Assembly (NCBI RefSeq): GCF_006345805.1
Contig: NC_042999.1
Location: 12,462,001-12,526,000, forward strand
Reading direction: 5' to 3'
From: Octopus sinensis
Lineage: Eukaryota
DNA: 64,000 nt
The position numbers and the translations under genes were made by a program. Of this stretch, positions 36,342 through 49,907 are shown piece after piece. Each line of letters opens with the position of its first letter. Position 1 is the first letter of the stretch. The notes beneath the pieces are model-generated. The model worked only from the letters and a program-made list of their open reading frames with translations. It was not told the origin of the DNA and did no database searches.

Positions 36342-39247
36342 TACTAATGAGTAATGAATCTTATGGTTTACTAGTTCCACAGTTAAATTTATCATAACAA
36401 AAAAAAATCAGTTTAAGCATCACAAATTTTCTCCTGTCTGTCTTTAGTGGTAACACAGTAAACTGTACTCTCTGTAAAGATTTAGTTCGTATCAAGAAAA
36501 AAATATGGTAACCCTTAATTCTCATCAAATTATTTAAAAGAAGATACTAAAAGTCTGTTCCTGAACTTTTAATAGAATTTATAAGATTTAATCCACATCT
36601 ACTGTTACACTTGATGCCGGTAAAGGACTGAACTTTCTCAGACATAATAAGTTTTATTTCAAATACTGTTGGGATATTTTTACAGCCATGTTTTCATTTC
36701 TCTTAAAACAGCAGAGAACTTTTGCATTAATGTTTTATCTCACAGTCCTCTCCAAATTAAAAAATTGTTTGCATTTACAAAATCATGGAGATGTGAAGAT
36801 ACCCCCTTCTTTTTGCTCATCATCTGGAGAACTCTCATCTAATTGAAAGCACACATTTACAATCACCATCATCATCGTTTAACGTCCGCTTCCCATGCTA
36901 GCAATTGACCAAGAGTCCACATCTGAATGAAAAGTAAGAAGCTCTTTTATTTTCTCATGTTAGTGAGTAGTGTCACTGAGATATTACAATATTAACCCTT
37001 TTGTTACCATATTCCTGCAGGAAGAGCCTGCTTTGTTTCAATTAATTCTGAAAATAAAAAGCATTTTGTAAAATAATTAGACTTACAACCCAAACTTGCC
37101 CAGTAAAGTATTCACAGAATTGTTTACCAGTTTGTAGAAAGGGAATTCACGGTACTTATGCATTTATATATATATATTTAACCTAACTTCTGGACTTATT
37201 TAATTGGAACTATCCAAACAATAAGTAATCAATTTACATGAGTCAAAGCTTTTTTTAAACAATTTTTATCCTGAAAATCACCTGTTTTAAAGTGAAAGAG
37301 ATGTATATGAAATGGATGTGTGTGTCAGAGAGAGAGTGTGTGCCACTTACACATACATGAGAACACACGTTCACTCACTCACGCACACATGCATACGTAC
37401 ATACAAAAAAGATGTACACATATGTGTTAATGTATGTACATGACAACACAACCCTTCACTCACTCTGCCTCTCCTTTTCTCTCTCTCTCTTTCACACACA
37501 CACGCCCATACCTCTTTCACTTTCCCCCCTCTGTCACTTTAAAACAAAAGTAAATAAATAAAAAAAATTTACAGAAAGTAATGAACTCCGGATGATGAAA
37601 TGACATTCAGTTAAAAATATTTCTAAATATTGTGTACATCAAAAAGTCAACAGTTTTTTTTTTTACATAGAGAGCATGAAGACAATGTGCGTGTATATGT
37701 CACAGATAGCGAATGTGTTTTTGTGTTGATTGACACACCATGACATTCATTATATGTGTGTACGTTGACATCATGGAAGCCATGTATTTTTTGCATCAAG
37801 AAATAACAAAAATTGTGTTTAATCATTTAAATAGAGGTTCAAATGTCACAAAAATTTGTACTGCACTGCCGAAGGTATGAAAATAAATATGTAAAAAAAA
37901 TTAAGATAAAATATACTATTTCTGAGATATTTCAGTTACATCCAAACATCCCTAGAGTTTTAGTATTATCAAGATTGTCATTGTAAAGCTGTTGTTTGGA
38001 ACAAGGCTTTAGTCAAGATCACTTTAAAGCAGGCAGTTTGTTTCATATTAATGGAGTGTGTTCAGGTGGGTTAGTATCAAAAGGGTGTGCTTATTTCTAG
38101 TTTGGAACAGTGCAATGCTTCTAATTGATTCGCACAAATTTTCTGTAGATATTTATAAAGTGATGACAAATCATTCAAAACCTCACCAAGAGTTCTGTGT
38201 GCAATTCAGAATCTTGAAACAATACTGGATTATTTGCAGTCATTTCCTCTTCACGATATAGCAGCCATGCATTATAAATTCTTTTAAGAATAGTTATAGC
38301 AAAATGTCTTGAAACCATTGTACTTCATTTAAAGGTTTAAACAATAATGTATCACACTCTGAAACATTAGCTAATTCTCAAAATTTTCCTTTTCTAACTG
38401 ATGACCTACAAAATATCAGAATTTCCAGAGTTGCATAATAGGCACTTTTTTCTCTGCCTCATCCAACTGCAAGCCTCCTCTGTAAACAACATAATGCTGC
38501 TTTGATAGATATTTATTTTTTGTTCTGAGACCGCTGCCAGTTATTGTTTCTCTCCAGCATAACATGTATTCTGTTTGATGTTAACATCACCTTTCACTGA
38601 ACATCAAGATTGTTGTGGATGTGAAAATTCTTTATTACCACAACAATGTTGGTAGATACTATAATTAAGCTTGAAGGACCAGTAAAGATTTTCATTTTGT
38701 AATCTTTATTTCCTTTACAGTGTGAACATCTTTTTGGATGGTAATATCAATGTGTGAAAAGTAGATTTCTTCAACTCATCCATCACTTCTCTTAGTTCTA
38801 TCTGATACATGACCAACTGAAACTGCCCTTAATTTTAGGATACAAACTCCCTGTTTTGAAGTGATCTTAATTATACAGCAGTTTGTGTGTGCTTATGAGG
38901 ATATATGTGTATGTGACTGAATATGAACAAATGTACATGCATATGTTTGTGTGTGTATGTATCTGTGCATGCATTTGTGTATGTGTGTGTTAGTGTGCAT
39001 GTTTGGAAATGCATTTTCTTTGTAGCATAAATATCGAAGTTAAATTGTGAAGGATATTCTGCATAAAATTGTAGCAAGTTTTGTTTTTCATAATTTTGAG
39101 TTTTTTTTCCACACTTTCTTTCTGATATTATTTTATATCCTTGTATTGGATAATTTAAAGAAGCAAGGGGGAAAGAAAGTATTTAGATGATGCTTTACTT
39201 TTACTATTACACGAGACTCAATGCTCTATATTAACGGCTTACAGTGC

Positions 39248-39446
39248 AGCAGTGGCTGTGTGGTAAGAAGCGTGCTTCCCAACCACATAGTTCTGGGTTC
39301 AGTCCCACTGCATGGCACCTTGGGCAAGTGTCTTTTTCTATAGCCCCAGATTGACCAAATCTTGTGACTGGATTTAGTAGACAGAAACTGAAAGAAGCTC
39401 ATAGTGTATATATATGTGAGTGTGTATATATATATGTGTGTGCGTG

Positions 39447-39479
<33 letters not shown>

Positions 39480-39665
39480 TTGTCTCTCCACCATCGCTTG
39501 ACAACTGATGTTGGTGTGTTTGTGTCCCTGTACCCTAGTGGTTCAGCAAAACAGAGAGATGGAATAAGTACTATGCTAACAAAGAATAAGTCCTGGGGTT
39601 GATTTGTTTGACTAAAGGTAGTGCCCCAGCATGGCCACAATCATATGACTGAAACAAATATAAGA
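39248..39665 (+). mobile_element. tRNA-derived SINE (composite)
   Basis: GTGGCTGTGTGGTAAG...GGGTTCAGTCCCACTG head, the same family as 4065-4452. Confidence 0.75.
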
Positions 39666-39783
39666 AAGAAAGTGAACTGCTTATCAAGCCGAACTATCAA
39701 TCAGAGTTCTTTAATTTATAACAATGAATCAGTCCAGCTTTAATCATATCTCCCCTTTTTAGAATCAATCTCCCCTAACCCTA

Positions 39784-40370
39784 TCATCTCACTTTTGAGA
39801 ATTGAACTCTGCTCTGAGTTTTAAAATCTCTTACACTTAGGGTTTGGTACCTCAAACGTGTTGTACAACACTTCCATGGGGATTTCATTTCTTGTGACTG
39901 TTTTTTCCGTGGATCTTTTTTAAGTTGGTTAATATGTCTTTTCTGTTTGACATTTTTTCCTTTCACTAGGAATATCATTATTTGTTTAATAATTACAGCT
40001 TCACCTACCTTGAAGAATTTTGAAGTACTTTTGTTGTTTGACTTTTTTATATTTTCACTAGGTATAAACTTATCAAAAACAGATCTGATCTTTCTAGCAA
40101 ACATCAATTCTGTAGGTGACATTCCTGACTGTGTATTTGGATTAGGTGTTACTTGGTACACACTTAGAAATTGTTGAAGTGCAAAAATCATCCATCACAT
40201 CACTATTCACCTTTTTCAATGTCCTTTTGAAAGTGTCAACAAAATGCTCTACTTGTCCATCTGGTGAAACATTGCAAACTGCTGTTTATATTAATTTTAT
40301 ATATGCACATTAGCGAATCACTAAATCATCCAATTATTTGGATGATGAAAACATAAATACTAATGGCGAA
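39784..40370 (-). mobile_element. Gypsy LTR-retrotransposon integrase fragment
   Basis: DGQVEHFVDTFKRTLKK...ALQQFLSVYQVTPNPNTQSGMSPTELMFARKIRSVFD...KRHINQL resembles the Gypsy integrase C-terminal half. Confidence 0.75.
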
Positions 40371-40649
40371 GTGAGTCCAGAAAGTGCCAATAATATCTAT
40401 ATAGATATTCACCCCTGCTTATTTGCCACTGGCAATGACCTCACTCGAATGTTTTTCACGTGCCAGTAAGGTGACGCTGGTAACAATCACGTTTGAATGG
40501 TGCTTTTCACATGTCACAGGCATGGGAGCCACTCCGTGGCCCTAGCAATGATCACACTCGGATGTGCTTTTAACATTCCACTGGCACGGGTACCAATCAG
40601 GCGGTACTGTCATCAGTAAGGTGAGGGTGGACAATGCATACAGCAACAA

Positions 40650-42120
40650 ATTCTTGTTTATCACAGTCCTCCAGGCAATAACAGAGGACCTGCTGGCAAT
40701 AACAGAAAACATGCTGCCCCTGGGAGCTCCTCTATGCTGATGACATTCCTCTCATAGCTGAATTACTACCTGAACTAGAGAAGTTCCAGGTATGGAAGCA
40801 AAGTCTAGAATGAAAGGGCCTTAGAGTTAACATAGCAAAAGCCAAAGTCATAGTAAATAAGAAGGCAGACAAATCACAAATCCCCTCAGGTAGATGGTCG
40901 TTCTCAATCTGTAGAAAAGGTGTAGGTCATAACTCCATAAGATGCACCCAGTGTAAGCTTTGGACACACAAAAATTGCAGCAACATTAGAGGGAGGTGAA
41001 CAGAAAAACTAACCTTTGTATGTGGAAGGTGCACAGACATAATAAATGCTGGACATGTGCATAAAATAGACTCCATCAACTGCCAGTGGGACAAGCTAGA
41101 GGTAGTAGATAGTTTCCGGTATCTGGGTGATCAGATTAGTAGTGGAGGTACTTTGAGAGTGTAGCTCTGAGAATAAGGCTGGGAAAAGTTCCGAGAGCTC
41201 CTACCCTGCTAGCAACAAAGGACCTCTATCAGAATGAAAGGCAAACTTTTTGATGGTTGTGCGTGAACAGCCATGCTACAAGGCAGTGAAACATGGGCTG
41301 TGACAGCCAATGGCATGCGTAGGCTTAAGAGAAATCAAGCCAGTATGGATATGCAATGTCAGTGTGCATGTTTGACAGAGCATAAGCATTTTGAGAGCAA
41401 AGTTAGGTGTAAGTGGAATCAGATGTGGTGTACAAGAAAGATGATTGTGCCGGTAAGGTCATGTAATGTGCATGGATGAGAACAGCTGTGTAAAGAAGAG
41501 CTAATCTCTAACTGTGGAGGGATCCTGTGGTAGAGGTAGACCCAAAGAGGCATGGGACGAGGTGGTGAAGCATGATCTTCAAACTTTGAGCTCCACAGAA
41601 CCAATGACTGGTGACCAAGACTTTTGGCAATGTACCGTGCTTCAGAGGACTTGTCAAACCAAGTGCACCCATGCTGGTGGCACGTAAAGTACATCTTCTG
41701 AATGTTGGGCCTCACTGAGGCAAAATGGCTGAGTTTCTTTCGAGTGTTGGGCCTCCCGGAGGCAAAATGGTTGAGTTCCTTTCAAGTGTTGGGCCTCATG
41801 GAGGCAATGACCAAGATCTTTGGCATTATGTCATGCTTGAGAAGAAAAATTCATCAAGCTGAGCAAAATTGCTGCCATGGCAATACCAATGTCATGCAAA
41901 TTGGCACGTAAAAGCACCCCAGTGTCACGCAAATGGCACCCATGCCGGTGGCACGTAAAGGCACCCATTACACTCTCAGAGTGGTTGACATTAGGAAGGG
42001 CATCCAGCTGTAGAAAACTACGCCAAATCAGAATGGAGTCTGGTGCAGCCTTTCAGCATGCCAGCCCAATCAAACTATCCAAACCATGCCTGCATGGACA
42101 AGGGACGTTAAGTGATGATG
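40650..42120 (+). mobile_element. Decayed RTE LINE (RT, PHD remnant, ORF end, 3' UTR)
   Basis: PWELLYADD, CRKGVGHNSIRCTQCKLWTHK, MLQGSETWAVT and GRGRPK, with a GAT tail at about 42113-42122. Confidence 0.82.
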
Positions 42121-42127
42121 ATTACAG

Positions 42128-42163
<36 letters not shown>

Positions 42164-43890
42164 GCACTAGACTACCCGTGACCCCTTGTGTCACTGGCAA
42201 AGTCTGAGTTTTCCAGCAATGAAGTTTAGTTTTGTGGATTATTTCTTTTTTCCAGGTTATTTTGCATATTTTCAACAAATGACACATTGAAATTACACGT
42301 AAATGGCTCCTTTTCCCAGAAAAGGAAAGATTTGTCTGCTATTTCTTGCATGCCCTGCTACCATGTAACAGGTATTTTGGGCGTTTTATTGCCGGTGGCA
42401 TGTAAAAACACTCCTTACACTCTCAGAGTGGTTGGCATTAGGAAGGGCATTCAGCCGTAGATACCACACCAAAACAGACTGGAGTCTGTGCAGCCTCTCA
42501 GCTTGCCAGACCTGGTCAAACTGTTCAACCCATACCAGCATCGACAACGGACATAAAATGATAATGATATAACTTAGCGGTTTGGCGAAAAAGCACAATA
42601 TTATAAGCCCTAGGCTTACAATGAATGAGTCCTGGGGTTGATTCCTTTGACTAAAACTATTTAAGGCTATGCTCCAGCATGGCTACAGTCAAATGATTGA
42701 AGCAAGTCAAAAATTAAAGGAATAAAAGAATTACACACAGACACACACATATTCAGAGAGAAACATTTTGAGGAAAACAACTTTCCATCCAGTATATAAA
42801 AGAAGATAAAAAAAAGATTTTCAGATGTATCATGTTTAAAATTAATCATAAATTTAACAGATAAATAAACATTTACTGAAAATCCACAAGGAAAATATAA
42901 ACGAATCAGTAAGTACAAATATTATTAGATGTTACAATAACATTTATACTGTTTAGTTACTTATTTTGTAATGTAATATCTAATACTGTATTATTATTTA
43001 TTACACTTAAAAGTTCTGCTATCAGTTACAAAACCCTGTTGCTAATGGTTACCATAATGCAAAAAGGGGGGAAAAAAATCTAACAAAGAGATCAAGTTTT
43101 TATTTATGTTTGAGTGCCAAAAAAAAAAATTGTTGTTGAAACACAACCATGGCAACAAGAATTTATGGAAACAAATCTGAAAAGTAATCTGTAACAAATG
43201 TATTTACATTGATGATAAATTAAACATATGTGTATGCTTGGCATAACAAAAGCACCAAACCATTTTAGTTTGAAAGAGTTGCACCAACATAAAAAGTATA
43301 GTCTTACAGGCCCTCCACCCCTTTTAATTGCACAGCTGAATTAGGATGAGAGAAATAAGCTGCATCCAGTTTCAAATGGCTGCAGTTTGTCTTGCTTCAA
43401 GTTACTTTCAGTTTAGAATTCTAAAGCAAGTTTTCCCTCTTTCTTACTCTCACTTTCTCTCCTTCTTTCTTTATGGGTAAAAGGTGACTTAAGAGGAGGA
43501 TAACTAAACATTAGTCTTTAATAATAATAACAAATGGGATAGCTTCAGGAAAACATCCGGCTTCATATCTTCCTATTTTTCCCAACCACTATTAGTACAG
43601 AATATACAGTGGAGAAAAGATGATATCGGTGGCAGTGGTGATGGTAGTGGCAGTTACCGTGGTAACTGTGCGAGTCATGATGATTATAATAATAATGATG
43701 AAGATGATGATGACCATCATCATCATCATGAGGCTAGACTAGTATTTCAGACTTGTGGCAAATGATGGTAAACTTCTTTGGTTTGAAAAAAGCAACAAAA
43801 TCTTTCTCTGTAATATAGCAATGGTTAAAAATGCCTTTAGTGAAGACCAAGTAATGTCTAGAGCAGCTCTGGATCAACTACACACATATA

Positions 43891-43897
43891 TACATAT

Positions 43898-43964
<67 letters not shown>
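43891..43964. repeat. Long (TA)n microsatellite
   Basis: Uninterrupted TA run directly adjoining the tail of the RTE insertion at 43965. Confidence 0.95.
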
Positions 43965-43967
<3 letters not shown>

Positions 43968-44405
43968 TCATCATCATTTAGCGTCCGTTTTCCATGCTAG
44001 CATGGGTTGGACGGTTCAACTGGGGTCTGGGGAGCCCGAAGGCTGCACCAGGCCAGTCAGATCTGGCAGTGTTTCTACAGCTGGATGCCCTTCCTAACGC
44101 CAACCACTCCGAGAGTGTAGTGGGTGATTTTATGTGCCACCGACACAGGTGCCAGACGAGGCTGGCGAACGGCCACGCTCGGATGGTGTTTTTATGTGCC
44201 ACCGACACAGGTGCCAGACGAGGCTGGCAGACGGCCACGCTCGGATGGTGTTTTTATGTGCCACCGACACAGGTGCCAGATGAGGCTGGCGGACGGCCAC
44301 GATCGGATGGTGTTTGTTACGTCCCCAAAGCACGGAGGCCAGTCTATGCGGTACTGGCTACGGCCACGTTCGGATGATTTTCTTGTGTGCCACCGGCACT
44401 GGTAC
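43965..44405 (-). mobile_element. Young 5'-truncated RTE 3' UTR insertion in a (TA)n tract
   Basis: Near-identical reverse complement of 2200-2640, with three 62-nt modules. TA runs lie on both sides. Confidence 0.9.
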
Positions 44406-44899
44406 ATATATATATTATATATATATGCACCATCCAAACATGGTCGTTGCCAGCCCCCTGTGCTGATGGCACGTAAAAAGCATCCACTACACTTTCGGAG
44501 TGGTTGGTGTTAAAATGGGCATCCAGCTGTAGAAACACTGCCTGATCAGATTGGAGCCTGGTGCAGCCTCCTGGCTTCCCAGACCCCCATCATCATTTAA
44601 CATCCGTTGTCCATGCTGGCATGGGTTGGTTGATTTGATCAGAGCTGGCAAGCTGAGGGGCTGCACCAGGCTCCAGTCTGATTTGGCAGGGTTTCTACAG
44701 CTGGATGCCCTTCCTTATGCCAACCACTTTACTGAGTATGCAGGGTGCTTTTATGTAGCACCACACAGGCACTTTTATGTAACACTGCACAGCTGCTTTC
44801 CCATGGCACCACCACTGGTGCTTAACACCATCAAAGGAACTGGTCTTCATACTTCTGCTGTAGTGTATGAGTTTTCTGCAGTACAGCAAGGCACCAGGC

Positions 44900-45420
44900 A
44901 TCTCACCTGAAAGGTTCAGCATCCTATGTCTTCCTGGGTTTCCCGCTTCCACGTGTTCCATCTGCTTTGAGAGATTGGCACTTCTTCATTGAGCTGTCAG
45001 CATCCATTCGCATCACATGACCAAACTAGCACAGTCTTTTCTCTTGCACACAGCAGCTGGTTCCTCTTATGCCTCACTTCCCTCTCAAAACAGCAGCACT
45101 CTGTCAAATATGTACATTTACATTACACATCCATCAGAGCATGCTGGCGTCATCCTTTTCTAATATTTGCATGTCTTCTGCATTCTGGTTCCACATCTCA
45201 CTACCATGTAGAACTGCTGTCCGTATACATGCATCATACACTCTTCCTTTCATTCAGAGAAAGAAACCTTTCATGGCCAAAAGAAGTGACAGCTCTCTCA
45301 ATTTCTTCCATCCCATTCTTCTTCTAGCTATCACACTCTTCATGCATCCTCTTCTACTACTAATTTTGTTGCCGAGGCAGCAGAAATTATCTACTACTGC
45401 TTAATTAGCTGCCAGGGCAT
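44900..45420 (-). mobile_element. Decayed RTE fragment
   Basis: The reverse strand reads KRVYDACIRTAVLHGSEMW and RKTWDT. Confidence 0.7.
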
Positions 45421-45550
45421 TTGAAAGAATCAGTTTACCTGAGTTTCTAAAGTTTTTATGGATCCTGTGCATCTTCCACCTCTGCCTTACCTGTTCTCAT
45501 CAAACCACCCAATCCATGCCAGTATGGAAAAAGGGGTATTAAATAGGGTA

Positions 45551-45615
<65 letters not shown>

Positions 45616-45864
45616 ACTAGATGGTAGGGGTTCGCTCCCCTGTTTGCAATATATCGGACACAGGTTGTGTTGTTGACCAACTGGAGGAGATGTCTTCTTG
45701 GGGTTAAAAAAATGGTAGAATACATAGTTCTGTATGGAACAGCCATGTTGAAGTGGCAACAAACATTACTTTTCAATATTGTTACCACTTACATTTCTTA
45801 TAGAGATCTAAGAACTAGCTACTTTGCTTATATATCATTATATATATATATATATATATATATG

Positions 45865-46615
45865 ATTAATGTCAGGATAGGGAAGGCAGCAACAACTTTT
45901 GGAAGGCTGACAAAGCGAGTATAGAAGAACTAGAGATTAGACATCAAGACAAAGATCAGGATTTATGAAGCATGTGTTCTCCGCACACTCCTCTGTGGAT
46001 CTGAGACATGGACCTTGGACAGCAGACAGGAAAGGTGCCTCGGCATCTTCCATCTCAGATGCCTTCGCAAGGTCTTAGGCATAACAAGGCGTGACAAGGT
46101 CACCAATGTTGAAGTGCTGGTGCAGGCGAATCTTCAAAGCATGACAGCTATCTTGTGTATGAGAAGACTGAGGTGACTGGGGCCTGTCAGGAGAATGGAT
46201 GACCATCGAATCCCAAAGCAACTACTCTATGGAGAACTGGCCCAGGGCAAGAGACCAAGGAGAAGACCAAAACTGAGGTAGATGGACACTTGCAAAACTA
46301 GTTTGTCCAAGTGTGAGGTGGATGTCAGCAGCTGGGAGGAGAGGGCTGAGGAGAGAACAACATGGAGGACTGTGGTGAAGGAAGGAACTGCTTTGTTGGA
46401 GAGCAGCTACAGAAACAAACAAGTTGAGAAGCATCGGCAGCGAAAGGAAAACAAGAGAAATGCAGAGCACCGAGCCAGCCTCTTGGTAGGCAAGAAGCTG
46501 TATGACAGAAGCTGTGATTCAATCATAGGAAGAAGCAGCAAGAAGGGGAGCCCCTGATATGTTCGATTAAGTGACCTCTAAGCTAAATTGACCGTCTACA
46601 TAGACGAAAAAGGCC
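45865..46615 (+). mobile_element. Second RTE lineage (BovB/RTE-1-like) 3' fragment
   Basis: INVRIGKAATTFGRLTKRV, KTKIRIYEACVLRTLLCGSETW, FHLRCLRKVLGI, RIPKQLLYGELAQGKRP and DTCKTSLSKC. These motifs differ clearly from the PHD-RTE family. Confidence 0.85.
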
Positions 46616-48477
46616 AGTTATTATTTATATGTATATATACACACACACACACACCCATCTTTGTCTTTTGTTTGTTTTTTTGTAAATTCCAACTATACAC
46701 ATATAGATTGTATGTATGTATTGTCCTCAATCCTGTGAAAACTGGCTAATAAAATGCATAGAAAGGACAATGCTACAGTAGGAGGATGTATTTCACATAA
46801 ACTGAAAATCCAGGAAATTTCTTAAAGTTGAGAAGTATAAAACAACCAAAAAATTGGAGAATTGGTATCAAATTTGGTTCTTGTTTACTGACATTTCAAC
46901 AACATATGGTTTAAATAATCATTTTCCAAGTTCCAGCTTGTTACATGGTTTATTTAATGCATATATTGTTGAAACAGCTGAGCAAGGAATGAGTGGGATA
47001 CTGATTCCTCCATTCTTTACCCGTTTTTGATGTGTGTGCACATGCACCACACACATTCCCATATGTATATACATTCACATGAGAGTAAGAAACAAAAAAT
47101 ACAAGTAAAGGACCCTAACGCATCATGCAAATTGTAGTCATTCATTGGTTTTCATTACTTTATTGGACCAATGAGAAAGCAACATCACCCAGCCATCCAT
47201 TGGCAACATAAATAAAAGTTAAAAGCCGTTTTCTCTGCCTCTTCAATAGATTTCAGCCAAAATAATGAATCATGGAATCAATTGTTTTCTACATTTGTTT
47301 CAACTTGTCTTAATGCCACATACATTTGAGCTAAACAAGACATCAGTTTGCCATATCTTGATTCCACCAGGTTACCAATCACATATATTGATTTCTTTTC
47401 TTTAGGCTCAGTCACATGTGCTGTCCCCCCCCCTCACACATATGACCTGAAGAATTCTTTTTCAAATGAATGAAGTAGGCCATTGATTTTCCAAACACTT
47501 TTATACAAACAACACTTTTCCCAACAACGTGTGTTAACTAACAAAACTCAGTTTGTTATAATTGGAACATGTTATTTTTCCCTGTCTCAATTATTGTCTC
47601 CTTCAAACCTGTACTAAAGTAAACACATTAAATTATAAAAGTATGTACACAAGCAGAGTTCTACCTCCTGGTATCACATAGGATATGAAAGAGAGCTTAT
47701 ATATGTATATATACACATGCATATATAATATAATTGTTGTAAGTGAGGTTTTGTGAGGAGATAGATTCCTCTTTAAAGGCATGTCAACATCCAAGTGTCC
47801 TCTGGTTTTATTGTATATATCAATAAACTTTCCGGAATCCTGCTTTTCAATGTTAGAATTAGTGTTTATTATTTATTAGGCACCAGTATTATGCACATTT
47901 TGGAGTTCCAGTATTTCATACGGATGTTTCTCATTGATATATGTGGGTATAGTTATAGTAATATATCATAAAGAAAATTGAGAGTTTTAACACAGCATAA
48001 CAAATTTATTTACATTTTGTCAATTATATAAGCCTCGTTTAGTCTGTTGATGAATGCTCAATCTATGAGGATGAAAAACAGATGTCAATTTTCGCCCTGA
48101 AGAAATATCTACCTTCGTTATTCCACAAGGGGTGAAACACATACATGAAAGGCTTCTTTTGGTTTCTGTCTACCAAATCCACTTATAAGACTTAGGTTGG
48201 CCTAGAGCCATAGTAGAAGACATTTGACCAAAGTATCACATAGTAAGAATGAAACCAATACCACATGGTTAGAAAAGCAAACTTTTTAACCACACAGCCA
48301 TATCTAAAAACAAAATTGCAAGGAGGGGGAGGGGGGTAAGGAGAAAAAGAAAAAAAAAACCCAGGGAAGATTGATGGAGAACTTGTTTGGAGGAGTTGAA
48401 TCAATCTTTAAGTAATACACTTGGAGAAAACTTAATAAAATGCTGCAGAAATAAAGAAGACAGTCTACTCAACTTAC

Positions 48478-48583
48478 ATTCCCACAGATTAAGGAGTGTA
48501 TCTTGATTAGGACTAAATATAGCCAGGAGTTGCTTTAAGTTGCAGCTAGAGTTAATCCCGAAAGATTTAACTTTCACCGAATT
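48478..48583 (-). CDS. Candidate internal exon of an unidentified host gene
   Basis: Acceptor tttacttctttgatag| and donor GGGAAT|gtaagt. The 106-bp open frame reads NSVKVKSFGINSSCNLKQLLAIFSPNQDTLLNLWE. No family recognised. Confidence 0.4.
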
Positions 48584-49518
48584 CTATCAAAGAAGTAAAT
48601 GGAGTCGTCACACCCAAAATGATGACTAATGTAACTAATATACCATCGAGTAAGTGAATATGTTCTATCTCTCATGAATGGGGTATGAAAGCTGAAACAG
48701 TAGAGTGTTTAACCATGTTCTATTTTTGTTGTTCTTCTAGCTTCAGAGTTCAAAACTTACCAAAGTCAATTTTGACTCTAATTTCTCTGGGACCAATAAA
48801 GTAAATATCAATGAAAGATTAAGATTTCTTTCCCTACAAGTTTGTGTCTGAAATGACCTTTTTATTTGCTACCGAATGGTTAAGTAGTTCTCTTTCAAAT
48901 CAAAAGATCCTTGGTTCAATCCCACCTGGTGATATCTTGAGCAACTGTCTCACATAGATCCAAACCTTTTGAGTAAAATTAGACAGAAACAGTATCTGTT
49001 TGTTATTTTTTTTTTATATTTGTTGAGTCTGGAGGAAGGGGCAGAGCCCATGATTCTTGCAAGCTGTCTATGATTAGTGAGACAGATGCTGTATATGTTT
49101 TGTTTAAACTGTGGCAGATAAACACTTGCAGAGAAGAGGTTCCAGAGGACCAATGTTCAGCAGGTGAAGAAGGATTGGGTAGTGCACAATCAAAAGCATG
49201 ATTGGAGAAACCAGCCAATCCACCAACCTGCCAAACAACATCTATATTGGATGTCATAATGTAGAAATAAATTATCTTTAGAAGCTGTCTTCTGGCAGTG
49301 CTGAATCAATTTTCGACCAGTAAGTAGAAAATGGATGTGGAATTCTACTTCAGCCTCTTCTTCTTTGGATGTTTATCTACACGAGATGTTAACGTGGTAC
49401 AAACCGACTCTTTTGAGTCTATGAGTCAATGTTTAAACTCTTAATCTGAGATTGCCTTTTAAAAATGAATCTAGTAAGAATTGCTGCCACAAGACGATAT
49501 ACTTGATATCTAAATCTA

Positions 49519-49907
49519 TCTGAGCACCTTTTCAAACTCCACCCGTCTAACACCTGTGGACATATTTACAAAGTCAGAAAACAGCACAGCTCCCATGACT
49601 TTAGGAAACATTTTTTCACGCTTAGAGTTGCTGAAGTAAGGAACAAACTGCCGGCATCAGTTGTTAGTTGTCAGAGCACTGCATCCTTCAAAACTTCCAT
49701 GCTTTCTGAGATTCGCCAACACTACACCTGATTTCCTCCCCTCCATACACACACAAGCATGTATCTGACTCATACATTGTTCGCTTTCCAGACATTTGTA
49801 CATTACTGCATATACTTTATATGCACTTTCTGACAAGTTGTGGTGCACCTGAGCACTGTATACAATAATTTCATTATTATTATTATTATTATTATTACTA
49901 TTATTAT
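49519..49907 (+). mobile_element. CR1/L2-type LINE 3' end with (ATT)n tail
   Basis: Near-identical to 6660-7024. Confidence 0.85.
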
